This document shows positions 11,298 to 21,400 of a stretch of DNA of 32,000 bases, piece by piece (the stretch's first letter is position 1; every line of letters begins with the position of its first letter). Where the stretch lies: NCBI GenBank assembly GCA_054661495.1, contig BAAFSQ010000099.1:1-32000 (forward strand), given 5' to 3'. Below the pieces are notes generated by a model. The model saw only the letters and a program-made list of their open reading frames with translations. It had not been told where the DNA came from and did no database searches. Origin of the DNA: Zygophlyctis sp. KS116. Lineage: Eukaryota; Fungi; Chytridiomycota. Both the position numbers and the translations under genes were made by a program.

Positions 11298-11509
11298 GAT
11301 TGAATTTGCCCTGAGCCTTGGTTTTTGTCTGTTTTGTGCATCGGACAAATGCTAAAGCTGAATTCCAAAAAGCCGATCAATACTAGCCCAGTAAATCTAA
11401 AATCATTCCTGATTATAAATCTCAAAAACCATGTGTAATGGATACCGGTGATTTTCACGTACACCGTCTTTTTAACCGTTTAAAGTCCCGTTTAACGTGT
11501 TGAATACTT

Positions 11510-12084
11510 ATGGAAAGAAGAAAGTCTATTGATGCTGGAACTAAAGGTCTGGAATTGCCATTGGTAAATATGAAGAGGAGAGGATCGGTGGGATTTGTTG
11601 CTCCAGAGCAGGAAAAAGGCTTCAAGGGGAAAATAACCAATGAGCAAGACTTTGTTGGTCAGGATAAGAAGAAAGGCTCGACTTTAAAATTGGAGAGTAA
11701 ATTAGAAAATCTAAAAGAAACTATAAAGGCACAAGAAGATCAGGATCCTAAATTAGCCGCTAAATTGGGGCGTTTAAGTAATAATATTGATGCAGTCATT
11801 GATAAGACACGGACTGCAAGAGAGGAATTGACTCGTATGACAGAAATTACGAGAGAATTAAAGGCTCAGACGGAAATTCAACAAGTTGAATGTCAGAATT
11901 TAGAATCCGACCAACAACGAATTAGGGATGATATAGAAAATGTAACAAGGAGGATGGAAATATTATTAGCAGAAAAGAAGAGAGTTGAAGAAAGACTAGC
12001 ATCAATGAAGGATCAAAATAATAAATTAGAGGATTTTTTGGAGGTATGGTTCTAACAAAATAATTTTAGGGAAACAAGGTCTAA
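11510..12084 (+). CDS. Hypothetical coiled-coil protein (182 aa)
   Basis: Long heptad-rich E/K/Q/L/R C-terminal half and RRKS/RRGS motifs in the N-terminus. Intron 12044-12069 joins a final GNKV* exon. Confidence 0.7.
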
Positions 12085-13731
12085 GTCAAGTATCTTTCAC
12101 GTAGTTTAGTCAAGTTTAGAATTCCAACAGTCAATCTTGTCCATAACTTAATAACTCTAATCTCTCTTTTTTTGGATTCTTCTTCAAGAGATTTTTGTAT
12201 AAATTCAGAAATGGCCTATAATTAAATAATTTAATTTATACAGAATGTAAAATGTCTCGATTTTCCTGATGAATTACTATTCCTTCAATTCTAGGCGTCG
12301 GTTTCCCTTTGTAGAAATCAAATCCAGTAACTGCTCTAGAAAAATCCAAACCAAGCTTTTTAGCCACTTTAATAGCTTCTGGATAACCAGAAATATGTAT
12401 CGCTCCTTTTGGAACCATTAACGGATGGAAAATTTCAATATTTCCAAATGAATTCTTTGGAATTTTACCCTGATTTTATCAACAATAAATAAAATACATT
12501 TACAAGTTCTGGAGATTCAAAAGTCTCAGTTTGCCATTCTCCGTACAAATTACAATTAGTTGAAGATTTGGTCCCATCAAGAATTTTACATGGTTCTTCA
12601 TCTTTTATAACTGAGCGTCCTAGTCTAATCCACCCATCAGAGGAAAGAGCACGATGAACAAAAGATCTAGGATATACAAGATCATTTTTAAAACGCCCAA
12701 TAGAATCTTGAACCCCTCTTGGATAAATAACCTCATTCTTTTTACACTGCTTTTCCAGTGCATATATAGGATGATTCAGAAATCCTTTTTGAGAGGTTGG
12801 CATTTTTTCAGCAACTACACTAGCTCTTAAAATTTCATCTTCTGCACAATCTTTTGAATCATTCCATAAACGAGAATAACGAGATAATAGAAAAAACCAT
12901 TCTCTTTCATTTTCACCCCCCAATCTAAATCTAGCCACTTTTGATCCCCATTCATCAGTGTATTTCTGAGTCACATCCTTTATTCCAAATGCTAGATATT
13001 AAATCCACGCTCGACTTACTACTATCAAATGCTAAAACATAAATTCCCCATGATTTTCTAGTCTGACTTAATTCAACTATCTTTATAGGCTCATCTACAA
13101 TATTTCTTGCAGCATCAACAGGTAACCAAGTTTGATGAAAATCATCCCAAACTTCTAGCCATATTTGTAATGACAAGTCTTTATTTTCCTCTTGAGCCAA
13201 AGATAAAGAAATAGGAAATAGGCAAGCCATGAGCCTTGTGTTAAGTTGCATAGATCTACATGCTGCAGCAAACACTATATTGAAATTATTTCTACTATAA
13301 AAGCATCGATCGCTTAATCCTTTAGCCAACTGACTTGATGAATCCATTTGATCTGATTCGTTTGATGACTCTTTTGATTCATTAAATTTAATGATACTTT
13401 TCCAAAGACTTAAAAATGTCTTTATAGAATGTTTAAATAGTCTATTCTTTGAGATGGTTGTTGGGATCAATGAATAGCAAATCCCTTGAATCTCTGTATC
13501 ATTGCACCATTTATTTCTAATTATTGCAGCAGCCAGCAAGCAAACGAGATGAACTTGATGCAATCTCATCCGTTGCATTTTGTCTTGTTTTGTAATTCCT
13601 GATCTCTTTTTGGGCCTCTGTAGAATGATTTCCTGGATCGCCTCTTCCGGTTGATCAGTGACTTGTTCCCAAATTTCATCTGAATCTTCCTCCGACTCTG
13701 CCAATCTTTTACATGGAACCGACGGTAACAT
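12081..13731 (-). CDS. RAD4: DNA damage recognition protein Rad4/XPC (522 aa)
   Basis: DEIWEQV, LHQVHLVCLL, WLEVW (transglutaminase-like fold), KDVTQKY, NHPIYALE, LYGEWQT, IPKNSFGNI and AVTGFDF (BHD1-3). Introns are 12992-13019, 12470-12497 and 12216-12241. Confidence 0.92.
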
Positions 13732-13999
13732 TTTGAAATTGAGCCTTAGGATCTGATAACTGAGCTGCTAAAATCTTACTTTAAAGATAAACCAAGAGGT
13801 AAGATTACTGCTGGTAATCAATAGTCCCCAAAGAAGTGAGTTTAGGAATAGTAGAGTACTACAGGCTCATGATTGCTGGTAAGTAAAACAGTTAATTCTA
13901 GAGTTAATGATGCAAACTAAAGCAGTAGATCCAAATCAACATGAGCTCACAGTTTCAAACTTGGAAAAAGTACTTCCTCAAATACTACTTGAATTTTAA
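13713..13999 (+). CDS. MHF2: CENP-X / MHF2 histone-fold protein (70 aa), not in the ORF track
   Basis: Exons 13713-13724, 13750-13798, 13825-13878 and 13902-13999, separated by 25-, 26- and 23-nt GT-AG introns. Translation MEPTDLITELLKSYFKDKPRVPKEVSLGIVEYYRLMIAELMMQTKAVDPNQHELTVSNLEKVLPQILLEF; the end matches the CENP-X signature LEKVLPQLLLDF. Confidence 0.9.
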
Positions 14000-14002
14000 T
14001 AT

Positions 14003-16594
14003 TTATCCTCCACATTTACATGAGCAGTTCCAAATCGGACATTCACTATGAAGCTTAAACCAATTGGTAATGTGTGATACGTGTCCGCCATGCTTACAAG
14101 AAATGCAAAATGTAAACCAGTCTGAAATAGGTTCTTGAGATTCTTGAATTGAGATTCCCATGTTAATTAAGCAAACTGAACACTTTGGAAGAGGTTTACG
14201 ACATTTTTGACAATTTGAGATTTCAGTACTCGTTGGAGTCGAGGCTATAGGACCAGAACAATAATTACAGCGGAGGGATAAGCGACCAGGATCTTTTTCA
14301 GAGTCTGATTTGGTGTATTTGGGTCTATATATATCAAATTCAGCCCTTTGATCAAATTGTCGCCAACGATCCAAGAGTTCACGGTAGCTAAGAATTTAAA
14401 TTTTATTTCTTACCAGAGAATCCAATTCTTTATTTGAGAACTTGGAGATTTTTGATGAATTAATGAGCTTAATAATGCAACAGTTTGAATATCTCCTGAA
14501 TAATCAAGATAATTTGATAAAACTTTGATACTGGTTTCTGATGATAGTCCACACAAGATAATAGATTGAACTTCTCCAACAAGCATCATTTTATTCAAAA
14601 GTTTTTCTAAATATTCCAGGAGCTATTAATTAATAAGTGGTCCCTTAATTTACCATTTGATCATCAAGAAGTCTAAATGCTATTCCTAATTTATCCTTAA
14701 GAGAGAGTTCTCTGTCATTTAATATTGAATAAACGTCTCCACTAGAAGCAATCAGTCCAAAAATTGATCGTAAAAATGGATTTTTAATCTCACTACTGAT
14801 CGATCCACAAAGGCCTTTCCAGGTAGATGAACTTTTTGCATTTTCAACGCTTGCAAGAGATATTGCAATCAGTTTCAAACGCTCCTCTTTGAATAAAAAA
14901 TTCTACTATATTACCAGGTGATTTCATGAGTGCATCTATTGTCCTCTTCAAATTCAACCCGTGAAAAAACGCAGTAGCTGCTGCTTCTTCGTATTTCCCA
15001 TCAGCTATACTCGCAGTTATGTTAGCATCAATCATGACATTTGATTCAATTGGATCATCCGTGTAGAAATCCCATCCAATCATTAAAAGACCTTTTCTTC
15101 GCATTGATGAACTATAGGACTGAAATGGAAATCTATCATTTACACTGTCTAAATTCTTTGAAAAGCTATCCTCTAAAAGATAAGTAAATACAGAATATAC
15201 CAACTTCACGGATAGAACTTTCTACAAGGGAAAATAATCCTTCTCTAAAATAATCCTTTGAGCCCTTTACAAACGTATTAGCATTCTTTTCCATATTCAT
15301 TATCCATTCCCAAACCACTTTCAAACTTCCATCTTCATGCTGTATAAGGGCCAGATTTCTTTTAGCCTGCAAGTTATAAGGTCAATAATGCATACATCAA
15401 GATTATACCCTTTCAAAGACCTTTGATACATTTTCATTGAAATATCAGACAAATTAGCAAGATTCATTTCAAAAAAGTCCCCTTTTACAGCCATTCCCAA
15501 ATTTCCTACTGGGGAAATTATAGATTGCACCGTCTCAGGCATTGGAGTACAAACTATAGATTCGCCTAATAAAAGTAGGTTTGAATCTGCATCCCAGGTG
15601 AAACATGAGAATTTATCATTTTTCATAATTGCTACTGAGTAAGTTAAAAATAATGCTACATTTTCGTACTGAAACCAATACGGGAATATCATCAATTAAT
15701 GAATCATTGTCCTCTTCGTAAGACTCGGAAGAATGGTGTATATCCTGAATTTCATAAATCTTGACGATTGGAGAATCTTTTCCAATCACCCCAATAATAC
15801 CCGAGCGTGACTTTGCCCAACATATTTGCTTAATACCATTTTTATAATCGGTTCCAAATGACAAAACGGGCTCTCCCACCTTTCTTATATCAAAAACTCT
15901 CACAAAGCCATCATCTGAAAACGAAGCCCAACGATTTGAGGAAAAAGGATCTGTAGTAATTCCCTGAACAGCTCTTGTAGAGAATATCAATGAAGATGAC
16001 ATCGTGTCTATTTCTTAATTTATTGTTTAAGATACCTCTTAAATCAAAAAGCCTTATCCATTTCTGTGACATTCCTGCAACAATTCTTGTAGAGTCATTA
16101 AACCATGCCATTGAAGAAATACCTTCCGAGCTCCCATAGCTAGCAAGTGGTTTTTCATTACTTTTACTAGAAATACTGGCGTTAGATCCATGCATTGAAG
16201 TTATTGAAAAATCATCTCCTGATGCACATCTTTCAATATCCCAGACATTCAGACCGCAATCATTCCGGACTTTATCAAGAGCAGTGGCCAATAACTTTGC
16301 ATTGACAGGACAAAATGCAACATCGATGCATGTTCGTGAATGTCTGGGCAAAAACTCTGATATAAATTGTAGTTTTTCTTGAATGATCTGCCCCAACAAA
16401 ACTCTTCCAGAAGAATATCCCAATGCAATCATTTCTGTATCTATTGTACTGATCCAATCAATACATTTTAATAATTTAGCATCGGGGGTGTGAAGCGGAA
16501 TTTTGGTATTATTTCTGTAAAGCTCGAGATCCGGATTGGCGGTCAATGTTGATTTATACAGGGATAATATCTTTTCAAACTTGTAGTTGCTCAT
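14003..16594 (-). CDS. MIOS: GATOR2/SEACAT subunit MIOS/Sea4 (WD40, alpha-solenoid, C-terminal RING)
   Basis: LDKVRNDCGLNVWD, GMSQKWIRLFDLR, YLDYSGDIQT, YRELLDRW..FDQRAEFD, CRKPLPKCSVC and CKHGGH..HI..WF..H.ECP..C.C.C. Seven introns of 25-31 nt. Confidence 0.92.
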
Positions 16595-16693
16595 CAGTTT
16601 TCATAAAACCTACGCACAATGACTTAGTACGTAACTACGCAATACATTTATAATCTTAAACCCATCTAAATAAATACTCTAATCATCTGCTCG

Positions 16694-17879
16694 TCAATTT
16701 TTTCTTGTTAAAAACATGGCTATTGCGAATATCATTAGTGGGACTAATATCACCAATATCAGATTGGTTTTGATGGGGGTTTTGTAGTATTGACAACACC
16801 TTCCGGTTTGATTTATCACTGAATTTTAAATACTATTATTTACCTCTAATGTCATCAATTGAAAACCTGACAGGAGATACATCTTCAACAGAAGGCATTT
16901 CAAACAGTTTCGTATCTTCAGGACTCATTGCGTTTGACTTAAAATGACCCCTTATTTTAGGAGATTCCAGATAATCGTTATCTGTAGCAAACAATACAGC
17001 TTCATATTCTACTTGAATAGGTTGATTATCTTGAACTTCTTCTTTTGCACTACTGTCAACCTGATCATAGTGGTTAGATTTTTGATGCTTTTGAGCAATA
17101 ACCTTCCATTCATCAATGCTAAGATGTTGCTTTAAAGAATTATTTGTATTCATCCATGAATAAGCTCTTCTATTTCCTTTTTTTATACTAGGAAGTTTAT
17201 CTGAAATTGGAGTATTAAACTGTGTTACTGCTCCTTTTGGAATAATTGATATTTTTCTTTCCTGAACTGATCCTAGAGCAAGTTTTCCAGGAGATGGAAT
17301 GTCTGGATTATTGACTTCTGCCATATCAATTGTAATATTATCCTTTATTCGAACCATTTGCATTGGACGAACAAAAGGATACGTGTAAGCTTTATCCTTT
17401 GAAACTTGAAAATCATTTGGAAATTCTTCTGACAATGGTGAAACGACTGGACCTGCTAATGTCCATTTAGCAGGAGACTTTGCATCTACATTTACTGCAG
17501 AGTCGGATGGAATAATGTCTTCTGATTGATCTTTTGATTTAATAACCTTTCCAGGTTTAACTTGAAAGTACAAAACATCTCCCACAATATCCAAATTAGA
17601 CAATGGATTAAGAACATGCAATCGATGAATATATTTCCTTCCTTTGATAATTTGAGTCTGAAAGAGAACCTTATTGAGCTGATATGCATTATAGTATGAA
17701 TAAAAAGATTTATCTGGATTCTTTGGATCTACTGTACTCACTCTTGCCAATATAAAACTCTTGCCCTGATCATGACAAGTCTCGATCATGTCCTGAAATG
17801 TTTCTAAAGTGAATGAATCTTCATAAGACATTGATACAGAGTCTATAATTTCATTCTTTGTATCTTTTAATTTTATCAT
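16694..17879 (-). CDS. DUF5092-like protein with C-terminal TM anchor
   Basis: N-terminus EDSFTLETF..MI......KSFILARV...FYSYYNAYQLNKVLF...NPLSN..IVGDV.YF recalls DUF5092 of microsporidia and early fungi (from memory). Intron 16819-16843 joins a hydrophobic last exon LILVILVPLMIFAIAMFL. Confidence 0.6.
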
Positions 17880-17921
17880 TATTTAAGTCCCATTGTCCTC
17901 ATTGTCTTTTAGGGCGGTCGG

Positions 17922-18503
17922 ATGACGATATACAAATCTATACTTGGAAAACAATTAGAAAATAACAGGAATTCTCTCAAATCTCAAAGAAAAACTTGGA
18001 ATCTATTGCGAGATCAAGGATTCCTCTTAATGCAGTCTCTAGTCCAAGATCAATTAGAGGCTCTGGTTGAAAATCATTTGCGAGTGCCTGGGACTCTGCT
18101 GAATGATCGGGATATAGGAAAAGACTCTAGTACAATAGATGCATTGAATAAAGTTGTGGCCAAGATGAAGATATTAATTCAAAAGATGCAAAAGAACTTT
18201 CTCAACTTGTTAGATATAAAACAAGAAGCGATCGGAAGATTGGGCACAGACTTGAATTCTTTTTATTATAATGATTCAACTTTAGATGATTGGAGTAAGT
18301 TTTATTTGTAATGGTTTCTAGTTTTAAAGGTTCATAAATTTATAGAAAATTATGTCAAGGAATACATACTAAAGGAAATCATGGCTAAAAGTTTTAAAGT
18401 TACCAACAAGGAAGAAGGACTTGTTTTACTCTCTGCATGGCAAAAAGATCCTTTTGTCCATGAGTACACAGAAGCTCTTGTAACGGATGGTGTTTTGGGT
18501 TGA
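17922..18503 (+). CDS. CINP: CINP-like (CDK2-interacting protein) (184 aa)
   Basis: After splicing intron 18295-18321, collinear matches to recalled human CINP: WNLLRDQGF/WETLNDAGF, TIDALNKVVAKMKIL/TLDGLTKIQVKMEKL, YVKEYILKEIMAK/YRKELLLKRTVAK and LSAWQKDPFV/LSMWLHQPYV. Confidence 0.75.
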
Positions 18504-18509
18504 AAGTGG

Positions 18510-19543
18510 ATGGATTTACAAGGTTTTCCAATGTCTGATCAAATGCGTCTTGCGCTATTGAACAATAATTTGAGTTTTGTAGAGGAAATTGTATTAATAT
18601 CGCCGCAAGAGCTATCAAAGAAATTGGGTATAAAACTTGATTATTGTTTAGAATTTCTAAAGATGGCTCGTTTGGCCATTATACCAAGGCCGATTGAGAA
18701 TTCCAGTCAAGAGACTTTATTTACAGGATTACAAAGTTTAGACGATCTAGGTGGAATTTCAAAAGGCCAATTATTTGAGGTTTTTGGGGAAGCAGGAGGT
18801 GATTTGTCTGATTAATGGTTAGCTGGAAAAACTCAATTCGCTTTATCTTGTGCAATGAATGTGGCACTTCCAAGTGAATTTGGGGGAAATGATGGGATCG
18901 TGATTTATATTTCTACCGATCATGCATTTCCTATTAATCGTTTAATGACTGTGTTAGAATGTTTTAAAGAAAAACATCCTCATTTTTCACCAGAATTGGT
19001 GTTGGAAAGGATTATAGTTCAAGAGTTGTCAGTTCGAGATATTGTGGATTTTGAAAGAATTATTTTACACGGAATACCGGCATTGCTTGATATTTTACAA
19101 GATGTAAAATTAATAGTTATAGATTCAATCGCATACAACTTTCGAGCTGAATTGGATTCTGCTGTAAATAGAGCTGTTACATTGGCTGAAATCGGACTTG
19201 TTTTGAAAAAATATTCTGCTACTTATGGTGCTGGGGTTTTATTGATCAATCAGGTTACAGACTCTTTTGATCAAAATCTGTTTTGTACAACTTCAATAAG
19301 TCACGGTCCCAGTCATTGGATAAAGATATCCGTCGATAATCTTAATCAGAGTAAAAGACCTGCCCTTGGATTGGCGTGGTCAAATTGTGTAAATACTCGG
19401 TGTATGAATGTTATTTTATCAATTTTATAGGTTTATTAAGTAAAGATTCGAGAGATCGAAAGCTAGTTGTCGTTTTTTCACCATATCTACCTCAGACAAT
19501 CATTCCTTTTTCAATAACTACATCTGGCATCATACAAACATAG
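18510..19543 (+). CDS. XRCC3: Rad51 paralog, XRCC3/Rad57 type (326 aa)
   Basis: Walker A GEAGAGKTQ is restored by intron 18799-18822. Also YISTD..FP..RL, Walker B LIVIDSIA, INQVTD, PALGLAWSNCVNTR and FSPYLP (after intron 19402-19430). Confidence 0.85.
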
Positions 19544-20288
19544 ATGATCTTGACATTGGCTTCAAAACTGCTAAATTTTCTTTAATCTTTAACATGATAT
19601 TTTCTGTTTCACTTTGTGGAAATAATTCAGGAATACATCTAGTTAGACAATGAACAATTTCGGGATTAGTTCCAGAAAGCGACTGATAATCAGTGACAGC
19701 TAAAAAAACTCTACATTGAATACCTCTGCTATCCAACTATAAAATTATTTAATCACAAATTACCATTGACAGCAGCGCAGCAGAAAAACCAGTAATGTAT
19801 CCGGGAATCGGTAATTTAGGCAAGCTTGATTTTACTTTAACAGCGCCTGATTCAAGAATCATCATTGGTGCGGTCTCATCCCGCCTTCCAGAATAGATTT
19901 GATCATCTAATACAATATCTAGAATAGTCGTAAGATTCACGGGAATTTTCTCTACAATTTCAGCGGCCAAGTAGTTTGGATCTGGAATGGAACTTAAATT
20001 TATGGTCCAAACACTCCCATCATCGTTTCCCTTGATCTCGCAAATAATTGATCCGATTTCAATAGTTCCAATCTTTGTTTTGAATCCAAAACCATTGATA
20101 AACGTATGAGCAGACTGAGTCACACCTATAATCAAATGATTCGGCAATTGGCCATTGAAATTAATCTTCAGATAAATCTTATAGTATCTCACCTTTGGAA
20201 TAATTTCTGGCTTTGGGTTACAAAAGAGTTGATACTCATCCAACTCTTCTAGCTCATAGTCATTAGTAGGATCATATTGAAAAACCAT
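19530..20288 (-). CDS. Proteasome assembly chaperone 1 (PSMG1/PAC1)-like
   Basis: LPIPGYITGFSAALLS resembles the PAC1 L..PN.v..l.AAvLs motif. HbYX-like end SSMFV. Intron 19737-19763. Confidence 0.6.
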
Positions 20289-20303
20289 TTTATATAACCT
20301 AAC

Positions 20304-21378
20304 CTAGCTTCTGATAGAATAGTCAGTTTCCCAATATTTGGCAGTTCTCTTCAAAGCTTCATCCATTGATACAATCGGACTATATCCTAATATTTTTTTA
20401 GCCTTTGAAATGTTAAAATAGCGATTTGCAGTGATCATTTTAACACGAAATGATGTGAATGATGGATGAAGAGTTTTAATAGGAGATAATGCCACAGTCA
20501 TTGCATCAGAAAACTTTCCCAACATCATCCCAAGCCATTTTGGTATTTCAATCTTCATGGTTTCCCTGTATCCTAAACCATCAAATAATGCCTTTGGGAA
20601 ATCCCAAAAGAAAATTGGCTCATCATTGGTTATTATAAATACCTATGTATTAGAATTCTAAAGATGATTCAGAAAATCAATAATCACTAGATTAAAAACA
20701 TACCTGACCTGCTATACCATTTCCCTTTTCAACTTTTTCAGCCGCTAAAATGTGAGCATAAGCGGCATTATCCACAAAAGTCATATCAAACAAATTATCA
20801 TTATTTCCAATCATGACTCTCCATTGACCTCTTTTAGCGGCCTGGGCCATTGCCAAAGAACCTTGAGAATCTCTAGGTCCAAAAATCCCTGAAGGTCTAA
20901 GAACCACTGTCAATAACCTGTTTGGATCGTTTGATTCGAGTACTAGAATCTCAGCAAGAGCTTTACTTTCATTATACGCATCCATGTGTACATCACAATG
21001 TGGAGTATTTTCATCTGCATTGATCAAATCATTTCCATTATAGATTACAGAAGCGGAGGAAGTAAAAACCAGTTTTGGAACTCCTGCTTTCTTTGCTGCA
21101 GCGATAACATTTGCTGTTCCTTGAACATTTACAGCATGATAAATCTGAGGATCACATCCATGAGGAGGAGAAGCAGTATGAATTATGACTTCAATGTCTG
21201 CAAATGCCAAAATAAGATCTTCCAATTCTGACAAATCTCCAATGAAATACGTTTCCAGACGATCGTCGTCAAACGTCTTCTTCATGTCGAAAACAGATAC
21301 AGAATGATTTCTGTCTAATGCCATTTCTACAATCCTTCTACCCAAAAATCCTCCACCGCCAATCACTAATACTTTCAT
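20304..21378 (-). CDS. ERG26: Sterol C-3 dehydrogenase/C-4 decarboxylase (NSDHL/Erg26)
   Basis: GGGGFLG, HTASP, VNVQGT, TSSASV, YNESKA, RPSGIFGPRD, FVDNAAYAHILAAE and GQVFIITNDEPIFFWDF after intron 20643-20703. Confidence 0.93.
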
Positions 21379-21400
21379 TTTATTAAGAAACAAATCTCAA

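Noticed and set aside
11400-11445. snR30/U17-like m1/m2 motifs (CATTCCTG...AAACCAT)
   Set aside because: m1 is imperfect and there is no ACA box 7 nt after m2.
13750-13960. RNase MRP, U1 or H/ACA-like ncRNA (AGTCCCC, ACTTACC on the minus strand, several hairpins)
   Set aside because: The P4 pairing and U1 loop I are absent. The region is fully explained by the spliced MHF2 gene, and ACTTACC is simply the antisense of its 5' splice site.
20643-20704. Stwintron (nested intron) interpretation of the 61-nt ERG26 intron
   Set aside because: The internal intron would be 17 nt and the product would be frameshifted.
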